A stretch of DNA of 64,000 nucleotides from positions 32,001-96,000 of the forward strand of contig JBGFRI010000030.1 of the NCBI GenBank assembly GCA_041695225.1. The letters run 5' to 3'. A model generated the notes under the pieces. The model did no database searches, was not told the DNA's origin, and saw nothing but the letters and a program-made list of their open reading frames with translations. The DNA comes from Deinococcota bacterium. Lineage in GTDB: Bacteria; Deinococcota; Deinococci; Deinococcales; Thermaceae. The translations under genes and the position numbers were made by a program. The stretch's first letter is position 1; each line of letters starts with the position of its first letter. Below, one piece after another: positions 29,501 to 39,639 of the stretch.

Positions 29501-30507
29501 ACCCGCAGACCCAACCTCCAGCCGACGAGATAACTCTTCGGGAGTTATACCTGCTCTTTAAGAAGTGGAGCCTGACCATTCTGGCAATCGCTCTGGGATC
29601 GGCAGTGCTGGCCTTTACGGTAAGCCAGCTACTGCCCCGAACCTACACCAGCCAGGTTGTGGTCAGCCTGAGTCTGGTAGGCCAGCCCAACCAGGGCTTG
29701 CGCAGCGATCAAGACTTACGTAACAACCAGGGCTTGCTCCCGGACCAAGTCTTGCTCAACAACCGACCTTCGCTGCCCGGGCTGGCCCAGGGCTTTGTGG
29801 ATCTACAAAACACCCGGCTAATGGCCGAGAAGCTCGAGGTTGCCGACCCCACCCAGTTTTACAGCGTTCGATTTGACGAAAAGCGCGGACTACTTCTTCT
29901 TACAGCCCAGGGCCAGACCGCAGCCGAGGCCAAGGCCCGGGCTGAGCGTATCCTTGTTGTGGCACGCGAATATCTGGAGAATAAGATTGCCGAGGCTGTG
30001 CGTTCCAATATTCGTGCCGCCCAGGCCCAGGCCCAGATAAACCTGCGGGCTGCCCAAGACGGGCTTAGGGGCATACAGGCACAGCTTCGGACTGAGCCAG
30101 ACCTGGTGGCTGTGAACCCAGCCCTGGTTGCTGCACTTGTAGCTCGTGGCAGTGATCCTCAGGCTGTACGACCGGTCAACCCAGCCTTCACCAGCCTTAG
30201 CCTCGACGAGTCGCGCCTGCGCTCCCAGATTGCCCAACTCGAGCCCCGCATCAATTTGCTGACTGAATTCTTGCAGCAACCTGAGCGCATCGGTCAGCTA
30301 GTGAGCCAGGCTCTGCTGATACAGGTGCTGGTACCACCGGCAGAGCCGCTTGGCCCTACCTCTCCCCGGCCATTGCTTTTTGCGGTTATTGGCGGGGTTT
30401 TGGGGCTGTTGCTCGGGGTTCTGTGGGCTTCTGTGGCCGAGGCCATCCGGCCCCGCCAGGCCGAGCTGGTGCGTCAGCCAGCGGTGGCCGAGTCTGCCCG
30501 TGAGTGA
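29497..30507 (+). CDS. Wzz-like chain-length determinant
   Basis: DEITLRELY, two terminal TMs, coiled coil, SPRP before the C-terminal TM. Confidence 0.82.
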   Translation: MNPQTQPPADEITLRELYLLFKKWSLTILAIALGSAVLAFTVSQLLPRTYTSQVVVSLSLVGQPNQGLRSDQDLRNNQGLLPDQVLLNNRPSLPGLAQGFVDLQNTRLMAEKLEVADPTQFYSVRFDEKRGLLLLTAQGQTAAEAKARAERILVVAREYLENKIAEAVRSNIRAAQAQAQINLRAAQDGLRGIQAQLRTEPDLVAVNPALVAALVARGSDPQAVRPVNPAFTSLSLDESRLRSQIAQLEPRINLLTEFLQQPERIGQLVSQALLIQVLVPPAEPLGPTSPRPLLFAVIGGVLGLLLGVLWASVAEAIRPRQAELVRQPAVAESARE

Positions 30508-30513
30508 AGCTAC

Positions 30514-30650
30514 TTAGCGCCACGCGCTGTCGAAAGCCGAAGGTCAAAGGTCTAGAGCATTGCTGGTGGCCTTCGACTTTCGACCTTTGACATTTCTTAT
30601 TAGCGCTACGCGCTGTCGAAAGCCGAAGGTCAAAGGTCTAAAGCATTAGT
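30514..30650. repeat. Duplicated ~47-bp segment with heptamer repeats
   Basis: TAGCGC(C/T)ACGCGCTGTCGAAAGCCGAAGGTCAAAGGTCTA occurs twice. Confidence 0.8.
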
Positions 30651-30718
30651 AGCAACGGCCCATAAAGTTAAAGTACTCTGTGAGAGGTTGTGGGTCTTTA
30701 GTAGTTTTGAGGTGAGTT

Positions 30719-32116
30719 ATGGTCGCGGTTATTCTTTCCGGTGGGGCCGGCACGCGCTTGTGGCCGGTCTCGAGGGAGCTTTACCCCAAACCTTTCATGA
30801 AGCTGCCGGATGGGCAGAGTCTGCTGCAAAAAGCTTTTCTGCGTGCGGCCGGAGTAGGGGCTTCTCAGGTGCTCACGGTTATCGGCCAGGAATACTATTT
30901 CGGTGCGGACCACGAGTACCGGGCTCTGGGGCTGCCGGAGGTAGAGACTTCTTTCATTTTGGAACCGCTGCGCCGCAACACCGCGCCGGCCATCGCCATG
31001 GCGGCCTTGTGGGTGGCCGAGCAGAACCCCGACCAGGCGATGCTGGTGCTCTCGGCGGACCATCAGATATTGCACCAGGAGGTCTTTGCCCAGGCCGTAG
31101 CACACGCCCAGCTGGTTGCCGGGCAAGGGTACCTGGTAACTTTTGGCGTCCGGCCCACCTACCCTGCTACCAATTTTGGCTACATTGAACAGGGAACCCC
31201 GCTGAGCGAGTCTGTTTATCGAGTAGCTCGCTTTGTGGAAAAGCCCAGCCGCGATACGGCCCAGAGCTACCTGGAGACCGGGCGGCACTACTGGAATGCC
31301 GGCATCTTCTGCTTCAAAGCCGCGGCCTACCTGGAAGCCCTGCAAGAGTTACAGCCGCAGATGTACCAGGCCGTGCTGGACTGCTGGCGTGGCGCCGAAA
31401 AGGGTAGGGTCACCTATCTGGATGCCGCCCTGTTCAAAAAAGTGCCCGGCGAGTCGGTGGACTATGCCGTGATGGAGAGGGCCGAGCGAGTAGCGGTGGT
31501 GCCCGCCGACCTGGGCTGGAGCGACCTGGGCTCCTGGGATGCCGCCGCCGAGCTGGTGCCCCCCGATGCCCAGGGCAACCGGGTGTTTGGCCAGGCGGTG
31601 CTGCTCGAGACCAGCAACACCTTTGTCCAGACCGAAGACCGGCTGGTAGCGGTAATTGCCGCCAACGACCTGGTGATTGTGGATACCCGCGACGCCCTGC
31701 TGGTGGCCCGGCGCGACAAGGTGCAGGAGGTGAAAAAGGTGGTAGAACAGCTCGCCCAGCAAAACCACCACACGGTGCTGCGCCACCGCACCATCCAGCG
31801 CCCCTGGGGCAGCTATGTGACGCTGGAAGAGACCAGTGGCTTCAAAATTCGGCGGGTGGTGGTCAGGCCCGGTCAGGCCCTCTCTAACCACCTGCACCAT
31901 CACCGCAGCGAACACTGGACGGTGCTGGCCGGCACGGCCCAGGTCTGGATAGATGGCCGGGTGCAGATGCTAAGGCACGGTGAGTCGGCCAGCGCGCTGG
32001 CCGGGGTGGGGCATCAGCTTGTGAACCCGGGGTTGCTGGACCTGGTTCTGATCGAGGTGCAGACCGGGGAGTATCTGGGTGAAGATGACGCCAGACGGCT
32101 GGACAGCCATGTTTGA
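30719..32116 (+). CDS. manC: Mannose-1-phosphate guanylyltransferase / mannose-6-phosphate isomerase
   Basis: GGAGTRLWPVSRELYPKPF, FVEKP, WSDLGSW, C-terminal cupin RPWG...HHHRSEHW. Confidence 0.93.
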   Translation: MVAVILSGGAGTRLWPVSRELYPKPFMKLPDGQSLLQKAFLRAAGVGASQVLTVIGQEYYFGADHEYRALGLPEVETSFILEPLRRNTAPAIAMAALWVAEQNPDQAMLVLSADHQILHQEVFAQAVAHAQLVAGQGYLVTFGVRPTYPATNFGYIEQGTPLSESVYRVARFVEKPSRDTAQSYLETGRHYWNAGIFCFKAAAYLEALQELQPQMYQAVLDCWRGAEKGRVTYLDAALFKKVPGESVDYAVMERAERVAVVPADLGWSDLGSWDAAAELVPPDAQGNRVFGQAVLLETSNTFVQTEDRLVAVIAANDLVIVDTRDALLVARRDKVQEVKKVVEQLAQQNHHTVLRHRTIQRPWGSYVTLEETSGFKIRRVVVRPGQALSNHLHHHRSEHWTVLAGTAQVWIDGRVQMLRHGESASALAGVGHQLVNPGLLDLVLIEVQTGEYLGEDDARRLDSHV

Positions 32117-32288
32117 TCAAGACTTAGAACGCGTCCCAACAACGCGGTTGGACCCTCCGCAAGCTCCCAACAATGCCCAGCCCCAGGCCCTCGAACGGCT
32201 CAGAGCTATCCCAGCGCCAGCGCCCAGAAACAAGTACCCCCAAGGCTAAAGCCGCCTTTTTGCCACCCTCGAGGCGTGGCCAAAGGAG

Positions 32289-32334
32289 CCTGCCCTGAGC
32301 CTTGCCCTGAGCCTGCCGAAGGGTTGCCGAAGGG
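32289..32334. repeat. Nested CCCTGAGCCTGCCGAAGGG units
   Basis: One ~23-bp unit sits inside another; same family as 60701-60772. Confidence 0.75.
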
Positions 32335-32504
32335 GAGGCAATCCAGATCGCCGCAGCAGCCAGAGTGCTTTGTGCCCCTCCCTCCTCTTTATTGTCTACC
32401 TCTATGCGGAGTTCTTCCTTTATACGACGACGGAGGAGCTACTGGACTGCCCCTGATGGCGGAACGGGGTCTGAGTCCTCGTCATGACGGAAGTGTGGGT
32501 ACGT

Positions 32505-32608
32505 CGTCATTGCGAGCGGAGCGAAGCAATCCAGATCACTCCGTCGGCCAATGCTCTTATGATACCCTCCTGGATTGCTTCGTCGGCCTGTGGCCTCCTC
32601 ACAACGAC
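32505..32608. repeat. REP/MITE-like inverted repeat (GTCATTGCGAG...GAAGCAATCC / GGATTGCTTCG)
   Basis: Related copies or halves at 26373-26412, 38011-38142 and 63935-63980. Confidence 0.8.
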
Positions 32609-32710
32609 AACACTAGGGTTAAATGACGCCAGAGGCGCCGTGGCTCGCCACGCTCACACCCCCTCACCCGGCCCCTTTCACAAGGGGAGAGGCGAGTTTC
32701 CGAACGCCCT

Positions 32711-34075
32711 CTAACATTCCGAACATGCAAACCGCCCGATCAGGCTTTCCAGTTCAGCCACACGGCGGCTTACGGCTTCGGCATCGGCGCGGGTCTCGAG
32801 GTTAAGCCGCAGCAGCGGTTCGGTGTTGGAAGCGCGCAGGTTGAACCGCCAGTCGGAAAACTCGAGGCTAATGCCGTCGGTGCGGTCGAGCTTTGGGTTT
32901 AGTGGTGCGTAGTGGGCCAGCACCTGCTCGATAACCGGCTCCACCGCTTTGACCCGGTAGTTAATCTCCCCACTGCACGGGAAAGCGGCCATGCGCTCGT
33001 CTACGAGTTGCGCCAGGGTTCGGCCGGTGCGGCAGAGGTGTTGGGCGATAAGCAGCCAGGGGATCATACCGCTATCGCAGTAGGCAAAATTGCGAAAGTA
33101 GTGGTGCGCGCTCATCTCGCCACCATACAGCGCGTCCTCGAGCCGCATACGCTCTTTGATGAAGGCATGGCCGGTCTTGGATTGAACAGGCACCCCACCC
33201 GCGGCCTGCACCAGCTGGATGGTGTTCCAGGTCAGGCGCGGGTCGTGGATGACTTTTGCACCCGGGTGTCTGGCCAGCATCACTTCGGCTAGCAGGCCGA
33301 CCAGGTAATAGCCTTCAATGAAACGGCCGCTGGCGTCAAAGAAAAAGCAGCGGTCGAAATCGCCGTCCCAGGCCATGCCTAAATCGGCGCCGTGTTCGAC
33401 CACGGCCCGGGCGGTGGTGGCGCGCATTTCAGGCAAGAGGGGGTTGGGTGCGCCGCCCGGAAAGTTGCCGTCGGGGTCGCCCCGAATCAGTATGAGATCA
33501 AAGGGCAGATGCTCTTGCAACATACGGATGACTGGGCCTGCGCAGCCGTTGCCAGGGTCGGCTACAATTTTAAGGGGCTTAAGGGCGGCCAGATCCAGGT
33601 AGGTCAGCAGATGCGCAATATAGGCAGTTTTATCGGTATCCAGGTACACATTGCCGAGCCGCTCCCCAGAGATAGCGTCTGCAAGGGTGACGGCATCGCG
33701 GATAGCAGACAAACCAGTATCGCTGCTAATGGGGCTGGCGCCGTGGCCCACCAGTTTCATCCCGTTGTATCCTTTGGGATTGTGGCTGGCGGTGACCATG
33801 ATGCCGCCGTCCGTCTGCCGGTGGAAGGTGCCGAAATACACTTCTTCCGTGCCACACAGGCCAATATCGATGACATCGGCGCCGGCCTCGGTGATGCCCT
33901 GGACGAGCGCTGCCGACAAAGATGGGCTTTCCAGGCGGGCATCACGACCAACCAGCACTGAACGAGCCCCACGCTGGGCCACAAACGCCCGGCCAATGCG
34001 CCAGGCAATTTCTTCATTTAGTTCGTCCGGAACGCGGCCACGAATGTCGTAGGCTTTGAAACAGCTAAGGCCCAT
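32711..34075 (-). CDS. manB: Phosphomannomutase
   Basis: FKAYDIRG, TASHNP, DGDFDR, GEMSAHHYF, RASNTEP. Confidence 0.93.
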   Translation of the reverse strand: MGLSCFKAYDIRGRVPDELNEEIAWRIGRAFVAQRGARSVLVGRDARLESPSLSAALVQGITEAGADVIDIGLCGTEEVYFGTFHRQTDGGIMVTASHNPKGYNGMKLVGHGASPISSDTGLSAIRDAVTLADAISGERLGNVYLDTDKTAYIAHLLTYLDLAALKPLKIVADPGNGCAGPVIRMLQEHLPFDLILIRGDPDGNFPGGAPNPLLPEMRATTARAVVEHGADLGMAWDGDFDRCFFFDASGRFIEGYYLVGLLAEVMLARHPGAKVIHDPRLTWNTIQLVQAAGGVPVQSKTGHAFIKERMRLEDALYGGEMSAHHYFRNFAYCDSGMIPWLLIAQHLCRTGRTLAQLVDERMAAFPCSGEINYRVKAVEPVIEQVLAHYAPLNPKLDRTDGISLEFSDWRFNLRASNTEPLLRLNLETRADAEAVSRRVAELESLIGRFACSEC

Positions 34076-34354
34076 GGCTTCATGCTCCCTTTCTGTGACC
34101 AGTTTATTGTGACTTTGCTAAACGCGACGCCACAGCTAGTTCACGCGCCATCACATAACGTTGGCTCTGCTTTGAGCGATCTTCGGGTGTTTCATGGGAA
34201 CGAATCACTCGCCAGCCCACAGCAGGAAATTGTTAGAATCAGATAGGTCGTTCATCATCGATTTTGTGAGTTTACTTATCGCCGCTACATCACAATTTTC
34301 AGCCAAACCTCTTGAGCACATTTGACCCAAACTCCTCAATAAATGATGGGCCGG

Positions 34355-34807
34355 CTAGCCATGCGCCACCCCGCCAAATCTTGACTTTAACTTACTGAAG
34401 TAAATCTCCTCAATCGGCTGGTAATCGAAGTATTCCTGCACAACTGCCGCGGTAAACTCTTTCCTGGAGGTAGGGTGCTTGTCCAGCAATATGCGGCCTG
34501 ATTTTACGATCTGATGTTTAAGATAAGTGGGTGCAGAATTTAAAATGACTATATCAACGCTGCGCCGGGAGAAAGAAGGTGAGGCATTATAAAACTCGGT
34601 TTTTAAGATCTCGGTTTCTGTTAGGTTTTCTTTTGCAAGCAGTACCGCTATGTCAATATCGCTGTCGGTTTTCTCAAAAGGGGTATCAAAAGACCCGAAC
34701 AGATAAAGGGCCACCACCTCGGGCCTTTTCCCAAAATAGCCAGCTATTCTCTCTATTTCCGCTCTCATATCGAGACTCCTATTCCAGCAGCTTAATCCAG
34801 ACCGCAA
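34355..34807 (-). CDS. MntA-like nucleotidyltransferase (partner deleted)
   Basis: LFGSFDTPFEKTDSDID, VDIVILN. Confidence 0.85.
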   Translation of the reverse strand: MRSGLSCWNRSLDMRAEIERIAGYFGKRPEVVALYLFGSFDTPFEKTDSDIDIAVLLAKENLTETEILKTEFYNASPSFSRRSVDIVILNSAPTYLKHQIVKSGRILLDKHPTSRKEFTAAVVQEYFDYQPIEEIYFSKLKSRFGGVAHG

Positions 34808-34826
34808 ATGATACCACTCATTGCTA

Positions 34827-35190
34827 CCACCCCAAGCCTACCCCTTGGCCTTCAGATATTCTTCCACACCCCAGCCACGCTTCGCCTTCCGGCCATACCT
34901 CGGGGAGCCCGAGGCAGATGGACCGGTTGCAGTTTTTGGCTCAAAGGAAACCCTCACCCTAAAGAATGAAGCAGGCAAAGCGCCGACCAGTCAAGTGATT
35001 ATGGTACGCTTTCGGGCCAAACCACCTGCCTCCTGACTCACTATTGCTTTGGGTCTTCGATCACACTTGCACCGGGTTTAACCAACAAAGAGCAAATGAA
35101 GAGCCCGGGCTTATGCTCGCCTATTTTCGGTAATTCAGCTAAAGCGATCTTCGTGTGCATCTGGGGAACGACTTTGTAGCCTGTCCAGGG
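34827..35190. repeat. 364-bp direct repeat, copy A
   Basis: Near-identical to 36033-36396 (one mismatch seen by eye). Confidence 0.95.
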
Positions 35191-35369
35191 AAGCAATCGC
35201 TTGAATTACTAATGGCGTTCATAGTTGAATTTGTAGGCTCACTCATCACCGGCCTGTCAAGTCTACCATGGGGTTCTTAAGTAATACTCCGCCCCCAGCC
35301 AAGCCTCGCCATGGATGTGCATCCCCGCCGGGCTTCAGCCGTAACGCCCGCCTGCAGGTGCTTGCGACC

Positions 35370-35753
35370 TTACTCCTTCAGGTCACTTGAAATCCGGATG
35401 ACAACCTCTTTCATAGTAGGAATATGCTCTGCGCATACAGTAAATACCGTCTCGGCATCAATGTCAAAGTAGTGATGGGTTATGATATCTCTCATCCCTT
35501 TTGCCTTTTTCCAATCCATTTCAGGATAATCTGCCAGTAGCTTGGCGCCGGTGATTTTGTCTAGCTGCTTCAGCGCCTCGCCAATATTGATCAGTTGCAT
35601 GCAGATGCTGTCGAGTTTCTCAAGGCCACGGTCGTCTTTTGTGAAATCATTGCTCGTTCTTATGCCTTGGAATCTTTTAGATATCTGGTCTAGCGACCAG
35701 GTAATATTTTTCAAGATATCTGTGACAAGTTCCTTGTCATACATAAGTTGCAT
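35370..35753 (-). CDS. DUF86 HEPN RNase toxin
   Basis: IGEA, W..AKGMRDIITHHYFDID. Confidence 0.9.
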   Translation of the reverse strand: MQLMYDKELVTDILKNITWSLDQISKRFQGIRTSNDFTKDDRGLEKLDSICMQLINIGEALKQLDKITGAKLLADYPEMDWKKAKGMRDIITHHYFDIDAETVFTVCAEHIPTMKEVVIRISSDLKE

Positions 35754-36036
35754 CCCGTTCTATCCTTCGTCTTAGAGCTTCATTCATGCCGTCCCTAAGC
35801 CTTACAACATCAACTTTGCAGTCAAAAGCCTCCTCAACCATTTGTTTTATGCCTATCAGGCAAAACAGGTCAGGTTTTTCAAGCTCGACCACAATATCAA
35901 TATCACTCTCCTCTCGAACCTCACCTCTAGCAAAACTGCCAAAAATACCAATCTTTTTAGCCCCGAACTTTTGTTCAAACTCGTCCCTGTGCCCAGAAAT
36001 AAAGTTTATGATGTCTTCCCTAGTCATCGTCGCCAC
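35737..36036 (-). CDS. MNT nucleotidyltransferase antitoxin
   Basis: IFGSFARGEVREESDID. Confidence 0.9.
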   Translation of the reverse strand: MATMTREDIINFISGHRDEFEQKFGAKKIGIFGSFARGEVREESDIDIVVELEKPDLFCLIGIKQMVEEAFDCKVDVVRLRDGMNEALRRRIERDATYV

Positions 36037-36396
36037 CCCAAGCCTACCCCTTGGCCTTCAGATATTCTTCCACACCCCAGCCACGCTTCGCCTTCCGGCC
36101 ATACCTCGGGGAGCCCGAGGCAGATGGACCGGTTGCAGTTTTTGGCTCAAAGGAAACCCTCACCCTAAAGAATGAAGCAGGCAAAGCGCCGACCAGTCAA
36201 GTGATTATGGTACGCTTTCGGGCCAAACCACCTGCCTCCTGACTCACTATTGCTTTGGGTCTTCGATCACACTTGCACCGGGTTTAACCAACAAAGAGCA
36301 AATGAAGAGCCCGGGCTTATGCTCGCCTATTTTCGGTAATTCAGCTAAAGCGATCTTCGTGTGCATCTGGGGAACGACTTTTTAGCCTGTCCAGGG
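36033..36396. repeat. 364-bp direct repeat, copy B
   Basis: Near-identical to 34827-35190. Confidence 0.95.
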
Positions 36397-36457
36397 CGGC
36401 AATCGTTAGGCTCATTACGCGGTGTGGTTGGCCCTGGGCTGGCGGGTGTACCGCTAA

Positions 36458-37399
36458 TCAGGTGAACAGCGATGAGACCGACTCGCCCCGGTGAATTCGC
36501 CAGATGGCCTCGGCAAACAGCGGCCCCACGTTGAGTTGTTTGATTTTTTTGCTGGGTGTGGCCTTGTAGAGGCAGGTGTTGGTCGAGGCTACCTCCACAA
36601 CCGGGCCTTTTTCGATCCGCTCGATAGCGGGCCCCACGTATACCCCGTGGGTGAAGGCTGCCCAGACCGCCTGGGCGCCATTCTGGGTTAGCGAGTCGGC
36701 GGCCTGGAGCAGGGTTCCGGCGGTCGAGACCTCGTCGTCTACTACCAGGGCAGTCTTGCCGCGCACATCGCCTACCAGGCCCCTCGAGGTCACCTCGGTA
36801 TCGGAAAGGCGCTGTTTGTCAATAAAAGCAATGGGCAGGGCCAGGCGGCGCGCCAGCGAGCTGGCCCGCTTGATATCCCCTGCGTCCGGCGCAACCACCA
36901 CGGCGTTTTCCAGCCGGTCTACCTGGGTAACAAAATAGTTGGCAATCACCGGCTCGGCCGAGAGGTGGTCTACGGGAATTTTGAAGAACCCGTGTACCTG
37001 GGCCGAGTGCAGGGTCATGGTTAGCACCCGGTCGGCCCCCGCAGTCTGAATAAGGTCGGCCACCAGCCGGGCGGCAATTGAGATGCGGGGCGCGTCCTTT
37101 TTGTCGCTGCGGGCATAGGCGTAATAGGGAATAACTGCCGTAACCCGGGCGGCGCTGCTGCTCTTGGCAGCGTCAATCATCAAAAGCAGTTCTACCAGGT
37201 GATCCTGCACCGGAGGGGTGAGTGACTGGATGATAAAGATATCGCCCTCGCGCAGGCTTTGTTCATAGCGCACGAACAGGCAGTCGTTGGCAAAGCGCTC
37301 GGTCACGCACTTGCCCAACGGAACCCCTAAATTTTCTGCCACTTCGTTTGCCAGGCTCAGGTTGGACTGTCCACTAAACAGCATCAGGGGTCGTTCCAT
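36458..37399 (-). CDS. prs: Ribose-phosphate pyrophosphokinase
   Basis: [38 protein letters not shown] 37399 preferred. Confidence 0.95.
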   Translation of the reverse strand: MERPLMLFSGQSNLSLANEVAENLGVPLGKCVTERFANDCLFVRYEQSLREGDIFIIQSLTPPVQDHLVELLLMIDAAKSSSAARVTAVIPYYAYARSDKKDAPRISIAARLVADLIQTAGADRVLTMTLHSAQVHGFFKIPVDHLSAEPVIANYFVTQVDRLENAVVVAPDAGDIKRASSLARRLALPIAFIDKQRLSDTEVTSRGLVGDVRGKTALVVDDEVSTAGTLLQAADSLTQNGAQAVWAAFTHGVYVGPAIERIEKGPVVEVASTNTCLYKATPSKKIKQLNVGPLFAEAIWRIHRGESVSSLFT

Positions 37400-37547
37400 C
37401 GCCTGAAAGCATACAACTAATAGAGTACTGCGGGTTACTCCATCTCCTGAAAGCATACAGCTAAAGAACATCGGAGGTTACTCCACCTCCTGAAACCATA
37501 CGGCTAAAGAGCATCGGGGGTCGCTCCATCGCCTGAAACCATACAAC
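37375..37547. repeat. Four tandem 43-44 bp units spanning the prs start
   Basis: Units at 37375, 37418, 37462 and 37505 share TCCAYCKCCTGAAASCATAC. Confidence 0.88.
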
Positions 37548-37807
37548 GCCGGAAGCTGTCGGCCAAAGACTCGAAGGCCAAAAAACCTGGATTGTATCAG
37601 TTGCGGTATGGATAGTTGGTTTTCGGGTACTTTGAACAGACTCCTCATCCCACACCGGAAAGACGGTACAGGATTAGCAGGCCGGTACGGCGTGAGTGTT
37701 AGAAGGCCACAGGTATCTCTCGTCGGTTTGACCCTCTGGCAGAGCTACGGCTTACGTAAAAATGTTCTTAGGTGTAAATGATTGTCCAGTCACTCCACAA
37801 GGTCGTT

Positions 37808-37921
37808 GTCATTCTGAACGGAGCCTTGGCGTAGTGAAGAATCCAATGCGCTGTGCTGCGTGTTACGCAATTACCATTACAGCGCACCAGATTCTTCGGC
37901 CAAGGCGGCCTCAGAATGACA
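37808..37921. repeat. REP/MITE-like inverted repeat (TGTCATTCTGA...TCAGAATGACA)
   Basis: Terminal inverted repeat; related half-units at 42440-42560. Confidence 0.8.
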
Positions 37922-38026
37922 AGCTCTGTTTTCGATACGTTGCCGATCACGAAACTACCCTTTCCTGTGTGCGCCCCAGGCCCCTCCTTTGGCACTGGAA
38001 GGTGGCCCCTGGGCCGACGAAGCAAT

Positions 38027-38070
38027 CGGCTCGATGACGGCGTGGCCGGGGATGGGGATGATTAATCCAT
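38027..38070 (+). mobile_element. 44-bp micro-insertion inside a REP-like element
   Basis: Splits GAAGCAAT|CCAGGAGG, which is seen uninterrupted at 63963-63978. Confidence 0.85.
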
Positions 38071-38261
38071 CCAGGAGGAGCTTGCGAGCCCATTAGCCGC
38101 CGGGGTGATCTGGATTGCTTCGCGCTCTGCGCTCGCAAAGACGAAAAACCCATTCCATCTTTAAGCAGGCGCAGACCAACGAAGGAGTTCACCAACCTCC
38201 TTTAGAAATGGGCGCGAGGGGGGATTGATCGTCCTGCCCGCTTCAGGATGACGCTTGGCTA

Positions 38262-39401
38262 CTACAGGGGATTTAGCTCAGTCTGGGTGACCGTGGTCAC
38301 CTCGGGGCCGGAGTTGTGCAGGTAGACATTAATTTCGCTGCGGATGCCAAATGGGCCGGGATAAACCCCCGGCTCGATGGTAAAGGCCAGGCCGGGGATC
38401 AGGGGGCGGGTGTCGTGGGTCTCGAGGTCATCCAGATGGGTTCCGTTGCCGTGGGTGGCCGAAAAGCCCAGGTGGTGGCCGGTCCGGTGCAGGATGAAGG
38501 CGCCCATTCCGGCCTGCTCAATTACCTGCCGGGCCGCTCGATCCAGCTCGTAGCCTCTGGGCACGCGGTTCTGGGTGCAGGCCTGGCGGCAGAGCTTTAG
38601 GGCCGCCTCCCGCGCATCCCGCACCACCCTCCAGGCAGTCTGTACCTGATCGGGCACCTCCCAGCCGGCCATCCAGGTCACATCGGCATAGGGGCCCTGG
38701 GGCTCCTTGCACCACAGGTCCAGGAGCATCACCTGGCCCCGCTCCAAGCGAGTCTCTCCTGCGGTGTGGTGGGGGTTGGCGGCACTGGGGCCATAGGCCA
38801 CCATGGCCGCATGGTCGAAGACCAGGCCCTTTGAAGTGAGCACCTTGCTAATCTGGGCCTGTACCTCGAGCTCAGTGGGGGGGCCATCCAGCCGCGCGCG
38901 CACAAACTCCAGGGCGTGTTCCAGCGCTGCTGCAATGCCCGCCGCCGCCCGCTTGTGCGAGGCCAGGGCTGCTTTATCCCAGGTCTGGAACTGCAACAAG
39001 ACCTCTGCCGAAGAGACCACCTCGAGCCCCATTCCCCGCAGCAGCTCCAGGGTTCCGGCATCAATCCGCGACAGGTAGGGAATACCCCCGCCCGGATGGT
39101 ATTCCATGGCAATGCGCCCCAGCGGGGCCACATGGGTTTGCAGGGCCTGGGCGAAATGTTCCCAGCTAAAGAAGACCACCTTTTGGCCCGGCAGGTCGGG
39201 AAAGCTGGTTTTCTCGATGGCGTGGACGATCAGGACCGGCTCGCCCTGGGCTGGTATCAGATAGGCAAAGCGGCGGCTGAGCATGCGGCCTTGCAGCCCC
39301 AGGGCCTCGAGGGCCAGCACATTGCTACCCTGAAAACTGTAGAGCAACCAGCCGGCAATGCGGGCTTCCTGCAGGGCCTGCTGGGCTTTGGCGATGTCCA
39401 T
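38262..39401 (-). CDS. M24-family Xaa-Pro peptidase
   Basis: ADVTW, HRTGHHLG, TIEPGVY, GIRSE. Confidence 0.92.
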   Translation of the reverse strand: MDIAKAQQALQEARIAGWLLYSFQGSNVLALEALGLQGRMLSRRFAYLIPAQGEPVLIVHAIEKTSFPDLPGQKVVFFSWEHFAQALQTHVAPLGRIAMEYHPGGGIPYLSRIDAGTLELLRGMGLEVVSSAEVLLQFQTWDKAALASHKRAAAGIAAALEHALEFVRARLDGPPTELEVQAQISKVLTSKGLVFDHAAMVAYGPSAANPHHTAGETRLERGQVMLLDLWCKEPQGPYADVTWMAGWEVPDQVQTAWRVVRDAREAALKLCRQACTQNRVPRGYELDRAARQVIEQAGMGAFILHRTGHHLGFSATHGNGTHLDDLETHDTRPLIPGLAFTIEPGVYPGPFGIRSEINVYLHNSGPEVTTVTQTELNPL

Positions 39402-39639
39402 ATGTTCATACTAACGGGTGGGGGAGCTAGCGGGCAGGGCGAGGACTTTCAGGATGGCAAATAGCTCATAGCTTATGTCGGATAGCCAAAAGCGGACGCG
39501 CTATCGGCTATGTGCTATCGGCTATCAGCTTCAGGTGTTCCCCAGCCCGCAGGGTGGTACTCACCGCTTCAACCACGGCCGTGCGCCCGCTTACGTTTGT
39601 CCCGGCACCTGGTGCTAATCTTGAGATTGGAGGTTTCTT

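Noticed and set aside
32276..32805. Short ORFs between manC and manB (also 37762-38195)
   Set aside because: They are translations of REP-like and nested palindromic repeats.
37375..37547. CRISPR array
   Set aside because: Units are contiguous with no unique spacers, derive from the prs start, and no cas genes are present.
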